Below, in pieces: positions 36,518-48,004 of a stretch of DNA of 48,004 nucleotides. A program made the position numbers and the translations under genes. The first letter of the stretch is position 1. Every line of letters starts with the position of its first letter. The notes beneath the pieces are model-generated. The model made no database searches, was not told the origin of the DNA, and saw only the letters and a list, made by a program, of their open reading frames with translations. Source of the DNA: Octopus bimaculoides (Eukaryota); NCBI RefSeq assembly GCF_001194135.2, contig NC_068987.1, positions 42,547,555-42,595,558 on the forward strand, given 5' to 3'.

Positions 36518-36863
36518 AATTTTACTTGATTCAGTCATTAGACTCCAGCCATGCTGGGGCACTGCTTTGAAGAGTTTTAGTTGAACTAATCAACCCCAAT
36601 ACTTATTTTCTTATTCTATGGGTCTCTTTTGCCAAACTGCTAAGTTACAGAGAAATAAACACACCAACACTGGTTGTCAAGTGGCAGTGGGAGACAAACA
36701 CACATGCACACACATACAACAGGTTTCTTTCAGTTTCTGTCTACCAAATCTACTCACAAAGCTTTGGTCAGCCCAAGACTATAGTAGAAGATATTTGCGC
36801 AAGGTGCCACACATTGGGAGTGAACCCAAAACAATGTAGTTGAGAAGCAAACTTCTTACCACA
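36518..36863 (-). mobile_element. tRNA-derived SINE
   Basis: Minus-strand head tgtggtaagaagtttgcttctc...gggttcactccc (B-box-like), with the shared SINE tail. Confidence 0.7.
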
Positions 36864-36959
36864 CATGCTCTCTCACTCTCTCTCACTCTCTCTCTATATA
36901 TATGTGTATGTGTGCGTGCACACACATGCGTGTGTGGGTGGGCATGTGCACACTCGTGT

Positions 36960-38860
36960 GTGTGGCAACTACTATATGCTGATGATCTTGCTCTCATAGC
37001 AAATTCTATATCAGAGCTAGAAATGAAATTCCGGGTGTGAAAGCAAAGCCGGGAAGCTAAGGGACTTAAGGCTAAGTTAGCAAAGACTAAAGTTTTAATA
37101 AGCAAGAAAACAGACAGGACCCTATCTGGCATCAGGTAAATAGTCTTGCTTGATATGTAGGAAAGGTGTAGGCAGGAATTCCATAAGGTGTACCCAGTGC
37201 AAGCTATGGACATACAAGAGGTATAGTGGAATAATATGAAGGTTATCAGAGAAAGTAGTATTCATATATGGAAGATGTACAGGAGCTATAAAAATAACAG
37301 GTACTCCGGAAATTGATTTTCTCAAATGCCCCAGAGGCTCTTTAAAGTGGATAAATTCTACTACTTAGGGAACCTAATCAGTAGTGGCAGAGGATGTACA
37401 GAAAGTATATTAAGTAGAATAAGAAAAGGATGGAGAAAATTCAGGGAGCTTTTACTTCTGCTGGCAACATAAGGTCTCTTTCTCCAAGTGAAAGAAAGAT
37501 TGTATGAGGGGAAGTCAAAAATTATTTGCACTTTCGCCATAACATAACTTTATTATTGTCATACTGCCTTTTGCACAAGCATACTTATAGTTGGTACTAT
37601 AGTGGTCATGTGATCCAAGTTTGAGCCTGATTGTGCCATTTTTCTTTCTCACTTTACAGTGTAAGCATGGCCACTCCTCTAGCAATGTGCACCAAACAAG
37701 AACAAAGAGCAGCGATCTGATTTTACTGGTCATCAGGTGTGTCAGGTGCTGAAAATCATCCATGATGAGCTCAGATTCCATAAAGTCTGTGCAAGATGGG
37801 TGCCAAGAGAGCTTATTGCAGAGCAAATGTCTTCAGGTCTGCCAATGTTTACTCAATCACTACAACAATGAGAGCAATGAATTTTTGAGCAGAATAGTCA
37901 CAAGAGATGAAACGTGGATCCATCATTATGAAGCAGAATCCAAAAGACAGAGTATGGAGTGGAAACATCCTAGCTTGCCAGTGATGAAGAAATTCAAGAC
38001 TCAGTCTTCCGTGGGGAAGGTGACACTAACCCTTTTTTGGGACTCAAAAGCACCTATACTGGAAGACTACTTGGAAAAGGTGTGTACAATCAACAGTCCA
38101 AGATACAGTGCTTTGCTGGCCAACAAACTGAAGCCAGCAATTCACACCAAATGCCGAAGCTTATTGTCAAAGAAGGTTTTGTTGCTGCATGACATTAACC
38201 AAGTGTGCTAAAAGCCTCCAATGAATTTCAGCACCTGACACACCTTCTGGCCAGAGAAATCGGATTACTGTTCTTTGTTCTTCTTTGGTGCATATTGCTA
38301 GTGGAGTGGCCATGCTTACACTGTAAAGCCAAAAAGAAAAATGGCGTGATCAGGCTCAAACATTGATCACATGACCATACCAAGTATAAACATGCATGCA
38401 CAGAAGGCAGTATGATAATAATAAAGTTATGTTATGGCAAAAGTGCAGATAATTTTTTACTTCCCCTCAAATATGAACAGCAATTCTACATGATAGTGAG
38501 ATGTGAGACCTGAGTGCAGAGGACATGTGAAGGCTACAAAGGAATGAGGTTACTATGCTCTGCTGGATGTACATGTGCAACAGTGTATTAGTGTGTTGAA
38601 AGAAAAGTTAGGCATAAGAGGAATTAGATGCAATGTGCAAGAGGGAATACTGCACTGGTTTGGTCATGTAATATGATGGATGTAGACAGCTCCATAAAGA
38701 AGTGCTGATCACTCAATGTACATGTAACTTGTGGAAGAGGGAGATTCAGAAAAACATGGAGCGAAGTAATGAAGGATGACCTCAGGGCAGTAAGCCTTAT
38801 GGAGAAGATGACAAAGGACCAAGATATCTGGTGCCTTGCTGTACTCAAGAAGACCCATCC
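36960..38860 (+). mobile_element. RTE LINE 3' half, interrupted by a mariner at 37505-38469
   Basis: LLYADDLALIA; CK(x)WTYKRYSG; the RVKxRLY|...LHxSE motif is split across the mariner insertion. Confidence 0.8.
37505..38469 (+). mobile_element. Mariner-derived fold-back element with ~255 bp inverted arms
   Basis: 37505-37760 is the reverse complement of 38215-38469. The middle encodes ...IVTRDETWIHHYE...KVTLTLFWDSK...LLLHD. Confidence 0.85.
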
Positions 38861-39235
38861 TCCACAGCAGAACTGTTACTGCTGCTTCCTGCTGCTGAAG
38901 AGGATTGGCTTTCAAGAGCCGTGTATTGGTGCCACGTAAAAGTACCTGTGCTCTCACTATATAAAAAGCTCCCACACTAACGCCACATAATCGCACCTGT
39001 GCTGGTGCCTTGTAAAAGTAACTGTGCTGATGCCATGTAAAAACAGTATCTAACACATACTGTAAAATGGTTAGCATTAGGAAGGGCATCTAGCCATAGA
39101 AACCAAGCCAGATCTGACTGGAATCTGGTGTAGCTTTCCTGCTTGCCAGCTCTGGTCAAACCAGCATGGAAAACAGATGTCAAATGATGATGATATCTAT
39201 CTACCTATCTATCTATATATGTGTATATGTATAAT

Positions 39236-39530
39236 ATATCATCATCATCATCATCATCGTTCAATGTTTGTCTTCCATGCTAGCATGGATGGGATGGTAC
39301 CACAAGAGCCAACCAGGCTGAAGCCTGCACCAGATTTCTGTGATTGTATTGGCAGGATTTTTACAGCTGAATGCTACTCAGCAGAGTGGACTTAGTGCTT
39401 TTTATGTGGCATAAGCACAGGCGAGGTGAGTAGTGCTTTTTATATGGCACAAGCACAGGTAAGGTCAGCTTTGGCAAGGTTTTTGCAGCTGGATGCCACA
39501 TTACAGTGTGGACTAGGTGCTTTTAAGTGA
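39236..39530 (-). mobile_element. RTE-related SINE 3' end with (ATG)n tail
   Basis: Same motif as 14258-14745. Confidence 0.6.
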
Positions 39531-40243
39531 TGGCTGCACTGACAGGATCACAAAGTATTTGCAAGACATTTAAAAAAAAAAAGCTTTTAAGAGGAGGCAG
39601 TGGAGAAGGTGATAATGAAAAGGTTATAGTAAGACAAAAACAGGTGTCTTGCTGTAGAAGAAGTACAAGGGTACCCATCTGGAGAGAAAAAGATGTGGAA
39701 GGAAGACAGAAACAGGTGTGTTACTGCAAAGAAAATACACAGTTGCCCAACCTGAGGAAAGTGTAGGAGGAGAGAGATAGTGGCAAAATGCCGGGCATAC
39801 TCACAAGTCACAAGAAATAGGGATTAGAATATAAATAAGATGGTTGAGTAAAGGAAGAGAGAGATATAGATGGTGGCAAGTGCCAGGGCATACCCTGGAG
39901 GTTCAAATATAAGTGGCCTGATATTGCGAAGGGAGTGTAATTAAAGAGTACAAGTAAGTGGCAAAAGGCCTGGGTATATATAGAGTTGGAGGGATAGCAA
40001 TGATACAGAGGAACAGGGGTGAGAGGATAGGATTGGGGAGTGAGAGCTAGGCATAGTGTATGAAGAAGGAAATATGAGAAAGATGTAGATTGGTTTGTTG
40101 GGGTAGGGTGAGGGAAAAGTTTTCTTGTTACATGTGGGTGGAACACCCAGGTCAAGGGCTAGCGGATAGCAATAATAGAGTGAGTGAAACAGGGCATGTG
40201 GGTAGAACAAACAGGTCGGGGACAAATGGAGAGCAATAAAATT

Positions 40244-41535
40244 GTAGTAATAATAGAAATAATAAACATAGTGGGATGGACCAGCTTAACAATAATCAAA
40301 ACAGAATGCATAAAATAAGGAACACCATTAATCATCAAGAATGGACAGTGGGAAGAGTTTAAAATAGAAAATCCATGCAATTAAAATACAACAATAGAGT
40401 TCTTAGAACTGAGAAGCAGAGCACAAATTTACATGAATTCGTGCCAAATAGAGTGCTAAGTGACTTAGATAAGAATGGACTTATCAAGAGGTCCCATTCA
40501 GGTAGGGGAGGTAACCAATACATAAGCTCTGCCAATAGTACTGTACAAATAACTGACAAATATAATTGAAATAAATACCAGATAAATAGGTCACACATTT
40601 TTACAAAAGGCTTAGGTAGAAATAGAAATACATACCTCAAAAACATATATACCTCAAGCAATATTGAGTGGTGTATACTGCCCTTCAGAAAACAAATAAT
40701 TCCCAGTATACCAAAATTGTTCTATTTGACATTAGCTAAACATTTTCCAAAAGACAGTAAATACTAAAGAATATTTAATAAACATAGAATTAGATTAGCC
40801 TTTTGTAATAGCAAAAATCTAGCACAAATTTCAGCAGCACAACGCTAAAGATTAATAGATAGCAACAATGTCAACATGAGTAAACAAACCATAAGTAACC
40901 CAACAAGGTATCAGGATAGGAACTATGGTTTGACAACCAATAAAATAGAAGCTACCCAAACAAACTCCTGCATTAGCCTGGAAGTGGAAGATGTGGATCC
41001 AAAAAAGTACAGTACTCAGAATGTCAATGTGGAAAAGAGTAACAGCTTAGAAGATAGACAGGAGAATTTAGAAATCACCTCTAGTGAAGCTGAAGTAGAA
41101 ACTATTAATGGAAGTAGTAGAACTATCAAATGTGATTGTGCAAGGAACAGGGTCTGTTTGCTCAACTCTAATTGTAGGTATAAAAATATCATATACAGAG
41201 AATAGAGATTACTTCTATATAGGAACTAATTCACGTTATATTAAGTAAAGAAATTCCAGTCATTTAAATTCGTTTAGATATAGAAACAAAATGAATAATT
41301 CAAGCCTTACTAAACTAATCTGAACACTAAAAGAGAGTAACAAAGCATATTCGATTGCTTGAGAAATAATTAGTAGGGCAAAACCTTATAGAATAGGTGA
41401 TAATAGATGTGAATCTTGTGTGGAAGAAATGTACCAAATTTTCACTTCTAAATTTACTCTTATAAACACAAGACAGGAGCAGGTTCTAAGATGTCCACAC
41501 TTGAGAAAATATATGTTAAACAATTTAAATAAACA
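40244..41535 (+). mobile_element. Penelope-like element remnant with GIY-YIG endonuclease and no visible RT
   Basis: IEWCILPF...LAKHFPKDSKY*RIFNKHRIRL; KCDCARNRVCLLNSNCRYKNIIYR; FYIGT...RNSSHLNSFR; RAKPY...RCESCVEEMYQI...LINTRQE...CPH. Confidence 0.75.
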
Positions 41536-41750
41536 CAACTCACTATCTATAGTAATTATGCTAGTTACAATAATGATTGTAATATATATATTGATTGTGA
41601 TATTTTAAAAAATCTTTCATCTTTTACTTGTTTCAGTCATTAGACTGCAATAAATTTATTACTTATATAAATATTATATGTTCAATGAGTATAAAGTAGT
41701 AATAAGAAAATGAGATCACAAAGGAATAAACAAGTATCTTACATATTTTG

Positions 41751-41833
41751 TTAGCTTACAGCTGTTTCTGCTATATGATGCAGCGGACTCATAACTGAGT
41801 GTCTGAATAACACCTTATAGCTTCATCAGGGCC
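41751..41833 (-). ncRNA. Putative degenerate type I hammerhead ribozyme (Penelope-type minimal HHR)
   Basis: Minus strand CTGATGA-a-GCTATA...TATAGC-a-GAAAC-AGCT-GTA. The core boxes, a 6-bp stem II, a palindromic stem III and a GUA cleavage triplet are present. Confidence 0.55.
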
Positions 41834-41966
41834 TTGAATATGAGAATATGAAGTGCAATTTATTTGCAATTCCTTTTTATACATGCCAGTGCATGTGTGT
41901 GTTGCTTGCATATGTATGTATGTATATATGTGATCTGATCAATAAGTATCCGGACTGTTGCCATAA

Positions 41967-42570
41967 TTGTATTTTAATTGCACGGACTTCCTATTTTAAT
42001 CTCTTCCCACTGTCCATTCTTGGTGGTTAGAAGTGTTCCTTATTTTATGCATTCTGTTTTGATTATTGTTAGGATGGTGTATCTCACTATGTTTATTATT
42101 TCTATTATTACTACCATTAAAGAATTTGTGGTGGTAGTGTTGGTGTTTCTCTTCTTTATGGTCGACGCCTTTGCGACGATATCGCTGTGGTTGCTGGTAG
42201 TGGTGGCGGTATTAGCGTTCATGCTTACACTTGCACCTGCTTGTGTGATACTTCTCCCCTTCTTCCCTCCTTAATGAAGCTGTGGTGAAGATAGTGTAGG
42301 GAAATCAACATCAAAAGAGTTGCCAAACAGACCGGCGTTCATTATGAGATTATCTGCATGGCTTGAAGACACCATTCTCAAAACAAATATAGCCAAGAAA
42401 GCCGAAAACAAATTTACAAAATCGGGAAATACGCCACACAGGGCAAATTTCCCGTGCAAACAAATTGCACAACCAAATGTATCAGTTGTTGCATAACTTT
42501 TACATAAAAAATATAATCCAAAAACAACTTTTTAAGGCAATAAAAGGCAAACTTACATGGAGCCGATGTG
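41967..42570 (-). mobile_element. Inverted copy of the 5' region of the Penelope-like element
   Basis: 41967-42114 is the reverse complement of 40244-40392. Confidence 0.6.
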
Positions 42571-42588
42571 TCTATCGTCCATCCATAA

Positions 42589-42637
42589 AGATAGATAGAT
42601 AGATAAATAGCTAGATAGATAGATGGATAGATAGATA
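42589..42637 (+). repeat. (GATA)n microsatellite at the Tx1 3' junction
   Basis: Direct reading of the sequence. Confidence 0.9.
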
Positions 42638-43356
42638 TCTTTTTATTATAGCCACACAGGGATAAACACAGAAATTGGACGAAATACAAACGTAGAGTTT
42701 TTCATTTTCGAGGTGGGGTGGGTGGGGCACACAAAGAAAAGTCAAATCAATAGGGATTGAAATCGTTGGGGTGTGTGGTGTACAAAAATTATAATTTTCC
42801 CAAAAACGGGAATAAATAATGTTCACAGTTTAGGTGTACCCTTGGAGAGAAAAACCTACATAAAAGCACCAAGGTCACCTCAGGCAGTAAAAAATGTACA
42901 NNNNNNNNNNNNNNNNNNNNNNNNNNNNNNNNNNNNNNNNNNNNNNNNNNNNNNNNNNNNNNNNNNNNNNNNNNNNNNNNNNNNNNNNNNNNNNNNNNNN
43001 NNNNNNNNNNNNNNNNNNNNNNNNNNNNNNNNNNNNNNNNNNNNNNNNNNNNNNNNNNNNNNNNNNNNNNNNNNNNNNNNNNNNNNNNNNNNNNNNNNNN
43101 NNNNNNNNNNNNNNNNNNNNNNNNNNNNNNNNNNNNNNNNNNNNNNNNNNNNNNNNNNNNNNNNNNNNNNNNNNNNNNNNNNNNNNNNNNNNNNNNNNNN
43201 NNNNNNNNNNNNNNNNNNNNNNNNNNNNNNNNNNNNNNNNNNNNNNNNNNNNNNNNNNNNNNNNNNNNNNNNNNGTCTGGTGGTTTTCGAACCGTGTCTG
43301 TAGATCTTCTCTCGAACTGGTAGTGCGTCCCGATAGCATTGCCAAGCCAGGGATCT

Positions 43357-46240
43357 CTAGAAGTTATCCATAGGCCCCAGCCCGAACGTCATCCTGAAAA
43401 GGCGGGTTAGGAATTTCTCGTCGACACCCAGGTTTGCCCCGATTGTGTCGTCGGACCTCCCCTCCACTAGTCCTCTATAGAACGCATTGGTCGTTTGGAA
43501 GTTGCACAAGTTTGATCCTGGACGGCAGAGCTGCTGTAGAGCTTGGTGACACTCAGGGTGCCAATCGCCCAGTTTCGGTCTCTTTTTGATCCATGTTTCT
43601 AGTTCGGTGAGTGAGACAAGCTGTGGGAAGGCGTGCCTCAAAAACGGCACCCACACCTGTTCACTGTCGTCAATGAAGTTCCAGAGATGCCGCAGTCTCA
43701 GCGCATGTTTGTACATCATTAACCACGGCATCCCCAGTCCTCCATTTAACAGATGTTGACAGCAAATGGATCACCTCACCATCGGAATGCTACCCTTCCA
43801 CAGAAAGTGGAAGAGTGTGCGTTCTAGTTTCGTGATGGTGGCATCGGGACAAGGCACAACGGTCAGGCGGTAATTGATGACTGATGCGATATACGCATTA
43901 GCCACCTCTGCCTGACCTTTTAGAGATAGCTTTCCCTCGGCCCATGTTTGGCTGAGTGTGACCACTCTACTCGTAATCTCGTCCCAGTTCTTATCCATTT
44001 GGAGGTCCAGACTGAACCAGACCCCAAGTAGTTTAACCGGTCCGTCCGTCCAGCACCCCACTACAGAGTCACTGTTGGACGGTATGGGCTTGCTTCTCCA
44101 GCTGCCGAGTAGCAAACCCACTAACTTTTCTGGGTTAATTTTTGCTCCTGTCACCGTTTCATATTCCTTAAGTGTCTCACCTAGCATCTCGATGTGCTTT
44201 TGGCTCGACACTATGATAGTGACATCGTCCGCATATGCCGACATGCTCGTCCCGCAACCCAGCTCCTGTGGGATACCCCTCAGTGTCGCCAGCTTCCACA
44301 GTAGTGGCTCGAGAGTCAATACATACAGAAGCACCGACAGGGGACATCCTTGACGGACCGAACGCGTGATGTCGAACGGTTTTGACAGGTGACCGTTTAC
44401 CCGAATTACCGGTCGAATGCCGCTATACANNNNNNNNNNNNNNNNNNNNNNNNNNNNNNNNNNNNNNNNNNNNNNNNNNNNNNNNNNNNNNNNNNNNNNN
44501 NNNNNNNNNNNNNNNNNNNNNNNNNNNNNNNNNNNNNNNNNNNNNNNNNNNNNNNNNNNNNNNNNNNNNNNNNNNNNNNNNNNNNNNNNNNNNNNNNNNN
44601 NNNNNNNNNNNNNNNNNNNNNNNNNNNNNNNNNNNNNNNNNNNNNNNNNNNNNNNNNNNNNNNNNNNNNNNNNNNNNNNNNNNNNNNNNNNNNNNNNNNN
44701 NNNNNNNNNNNNNNNNNNNNNNNNNNNNNNNNNNNNNNNNNNNNNNNNNNNNNNNNNNNNNNNNNNNNNNNNNNNNNNNNNNNNNNNNNNNNNNNNNNNN
44801 NNNNNNNNNNNNNNNNNNNNNNNNNNNNNNNNNNNNNNNNNNNNNNNNNNNNNNNNNNNNNNNNNNNNNNNNNNNNNNNNNNNNNNNNNNNNNNNNNNNN
44901 NNNNNNNNNNNNNNNNNNNNNNNNNNNNNNNNNNNNNNNNNNNNNNNNNNNNNNNNNNNNNNNNNNNNNNNNNNNNNNNNNNNNNNNNNNNNNNNNNNNN
45001 NNNNNNNNNNNNNNNNNNNNNNNNNNNNNNNNNNNNNNNNNNNNNNNNNNNNNNNNNNNNNNNNNNNNNNNNNNNNNNNNNNNNNNNNNNNNNNNNNNNN
45101 NNNNNNNNNNNNNNNNNNNNNNNNNNNNNNNNNNNNNNNNNNNNNNNNNNNNNNNNNNNNNNNNNNNNNNNNNNNNNNNNNNNNNNNNNNNNNNNNNNNN
45201 NNNNNNNNNNNNNNNNNNNNNNNNNNNNNNNNNNNNNNNNNNNNNNNNNNNNNNNNNNNNNNNNNNNNNNNNNNNNNNNNNNNNNNNNNNNNNTGCATCC
45301 CTGTTGATCTATTAGAGACTGAATGGTGGCGATCTATCGCTAATTCTTTGCTAAACCTAATCAATTCTGATTTAATTACTATTTTTAGGGCAAACCACCA
45401 GCGGTTGTTAACAATGGCTCCTGTTAACGCTCTCTTAATTAACTCGCTAATCCGGTTCCTGTAAATCTGCCGCACTAAGAGCAACGCGTTCAATTTCCAG
45501 TAACCGGGACCCTGCCTATGCGTCTTATCTGAGTTAAGTGTACACGTCACAAATTTGTGATCTGTGTAGCTGACTATTTTAAATTGTGGATATCCTACAC
45601 TACCTCTATGCGCTGTCCTACATAGAACTCAAGCTAGATACGATCTCGACGATCCGATGCGGTTTGTCCAAGTCCACGTTGGCACATTCGGATGGTCGAG
45701 TCGGAACCTGTCAGACAAATGTAAACGTCTGAGCAGGTCTTTGAGGCACTTACATCCCCTTCTATTCCTATCCATTCCCATATAATCTACATGCATGTCC
45801 AAGGCAGCGTTCCAGTCCCCTACTAACAGTAAAGTCCGAGACGTTCCCAGGAAAACCTCTAGACGTCTGAAGAAATCCGCCCGACCCATTAAGGACGGTG
45901 CATACACTGCCATTAGATGGAAAGCACACCCATTTCTGACATCAGTGTCCAAGACAATCAGCCTACCCTCCGGGTCTAACAATATTGTTCTTACTTTTAG
46001 GTTTAGACATTTCCGAAAAAGCACTGCAGTACCACCACCACCACCTATGTTTGGCAGACAGGGAGAAAAATAAATGTCGAATTGTCCGCCAAACATGGAC
46101 TTGAGGGCCCGCGGGTTACTGAGTCTGGTTTCATTGATAGCTATTATATCAACGTTCAGTGACTTGATGTCATTTAGAAGATAACCTTGTTTCCAAGCTG
46201 ACACCAAGCCATGTACATTTACACAACCTAATTTAAGCAT
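43357..46240 (-). pseudogene. LINE ORF2 (APE endonuclease plus RT), Tx1-like
   Basis: MLKLGCVNVHGL...INETRL, VYAP, LVGDWNA, TW...SSRSYL, GPGYWKLN, VRQGCPLS, SAYADDVT, KLLGVWF. Confidence 0.9.
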
Positions 46241-46243
46241 AAT

Positions 46244-47463
46244 TCACGTTGAAATTTGTGTTTCATACACAACAGTAAAAGAGACAAGGGAGAAGGTTAC
46301 TCGTTTCGAAAGTTTTAGCTTATCTTCTTTTGAAATATCTTGGAGGAGGTTTTTGAAAAGTTTCTTTGATAAGTATTTTTGGAAACCTCCAACCGCATTC
46401 GGAAAGAGAGTTTTGAGTGTATGGTGCTGCATTTGTGTGATGTGAACAATCTTGATGTGTTTCAGTGGTGTAGTGCATGGATGATTGTTTTGTTTATAAT
46501 CATCTTCAGAAATGTTTGTGTGAGATATGATGTAGTCCATTAGTCTTGTGTTTTTTGTGTCTATCGCTGATATCATTGTGTGTGTTTTTGTGGTGTTGGT
46601 GCTGGTTTAGTTGTGTAAGGGGCTTTCAGAGGTTACATATTTCCCAGCTTTGCAAGCATTTAATTTTTGGGTTGTTTTTGATCTTTTTCTTTTACCTCCT
46701 GTGGCTATTTACCATTTTGTAGATGAAATGTCTGACGAATCAGAAGGGGGTAAAGGCAAAGCATCTGGTTCTATTTGTGTGTTTGTAGATGATGTTGTGG
46801 TGTGTGGTGTGTGTGTGTTGTTGGGGAATTGGCAGTAGTATTGGTCATTTCTTCGTTCTCAGTGGTTGTCTTCTTGGTTCTTGTTCTTGGTGTTGGTCTG
46901 TCTTAAGTTGTTGGTGGTGGTGTTGTTTCTGTTTTTGGCGCAGGTGGTGGTGTTGCTTGGTTGGGTTGGTTTGTTCGTTGTTGATTTTCCTTCGTTTTCA
47001 CATATAGCCGTTTGATCAGTTGTGCATATGATGGTGTAGGTAATAATGCTGGTGTTTTTGGTTTTTGATTCTGCTGTGGCTGTTGTTGTTGTTGCTGTTG
47101 TTTCGCGGCAGAATTACAATCCTTTTGAAAGTGAGCTTCACTGCCACATGTATAACAGCGTGGTCGTCTGCCCTTTACCACTACATACAGCTTTTGTTCT
47201 GGCAATAACTGTATGTAGGTGGGTATTTTGTTTATTGATTCCTGAGTAATGTGGAGAAGGATCTCCACTTTGTTACCCACCCAATGTTGCTGTTCTGCAA
47301 CAGCAATTTGTAGTATGTCAATATCCTCCATTTTGACACATATGGCTGATGTTACCCATAGTGTGTCCACCACTGGAGGAATATTTTTGATGATAATCTT
47401 TGTTACCCTCTGACCAAGGTAACTAGGTATCATTATTATCTCTTCTGTACTAAGGGTTAGCAT
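46244..47463 (-). pseudogene. LINE ORF1 (gag-like, CCHC)
   Basis: KIIIKNIPP...VVVKGRRPRCYTCGSEAHFQKDC. Ends a few bases before the ORF2 ATG. Confidence 0.7.
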
Positions 47464-47465
47464 TG

Positions 47466-47512
47466 AGATAGATAGATAGATTGATAGATAGATAGATAGA
47501 TAGATAGATAGA
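47466..47512 (+). repeat. (GATA)n microsatellite at the Tx1 5' junction
   Basis: Direct reading of the sequence. Confidence 0.9.
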
Positions 47513-48004
47513 AATTTATTACACACACACACACATAGTATAAAAGGGATACATTATCTTGGTGGATGCTGTATTATCTCACAAATTGGTATAGATGCCA
47601 GCTATCCACAATTGTCCAATTATATAATACTCAAACTAAAAGAGATGCTGATACTGGTAAGCTTTACTAGTTGGGTAGTTCCATGTTCCTATTCAGAACT
47701 GAAAATATTCTGGTTCTATATTTAAGAGATGAGGAATTATGTACATTATTTACATTATGAAGAAAAGACAGGATGAAACCGATAAACTGTCCACAGTCTG
47801 TCTACCCTATGTGAAAGGCCTCTCTGAAAAGATACAAAAGATATGCAGCCCTTATGACATCAGGACAGTATTCAAAAGTAATACAACTCTTTGAAAATAT
47901 CTCCTTCAAGTAAAACCACCAATAGTAGAGAATATGATAAAGAACTGTGCTTTGCATAGGTCTCTGAGCAGGTATCGCTATGACAAATTTGAGTGCAACA
48001 CTCC

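Larger units (their letters stand above)
42638..47465 (-). mobile_element. L1/Tx1-clade non-LTR retrotransposon, 5'-truncated in ORF1 and gapped
   Basis: ORF1 with a CCHC knuckle, then APE and RT in ORF2. The 3' end has AATAAA followed by (TCTA)n. Confidence 0.9.

Noticed and set aside
46200-46260. Chimeric ORF1/ORF2 in the Tx1 element (composition shifts from AT-rich to more GC-rich)
   Set aside because: The ORF1 stop and ORF2 start are adjacent as expected for one element. Composition alone is insufficient without other copies.

Overview
This is a repeat-dense eukaryotic scaffold segment with nine N-gaps (2274-2360, 13430-13439, 17405-18204, 19001-19919, 20737-21499, 24607-24655, 27858-28279, 42901-43273, 44430-45293). 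The SINE/RTE motifs, (CAT)n/(GATA)n/(CA)n microsatellites and TTAGGG-type tracts suggest an octopus or other coleoid cephalopod genome; this is inference. I found no credible host protein-coding gene, rRNA, tRNA or CRISPR array. The window is a nested stack of mostly decayed transposons: (1) three members of one LTR-retrotransposon lineage on the minus strand, including a near-complete 4.6 kb element with a perfect GATTT target-site duplication (TSD); (2) several unrelated Gypsy remnants with tRNA-Trp or tRNA-Arg primer-binding sites (PBS); (3) a TRIM-like miniature LTR element; (4) three mariner elements (one full-length, one fold-back, one fragment); (5) Helitron and Helentron-type ends; (6) RTE and CR1/L2 LINE fragments and tRNA-derived SINEs; (7) a Penelope-derived GIY-YIG ORF next to a hammerhead-like motif; (8) a Tx1/L1-clade LINE between two (GATA)n tracts. 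The best leads are: the main LTR lineage, whose RT/RNase H look DIRS-like despite LTRs and a DDE integrase, and whose PBS position is complementary to the 5' end (not the 3' CCA end) of tRNA-Phe; a possibly (GATA)n-targeting Tx1; and an RT-less, endonuclease-only Penelope derivative. All coordinates were read by eye and most boundaries are approximate. No database search was run.
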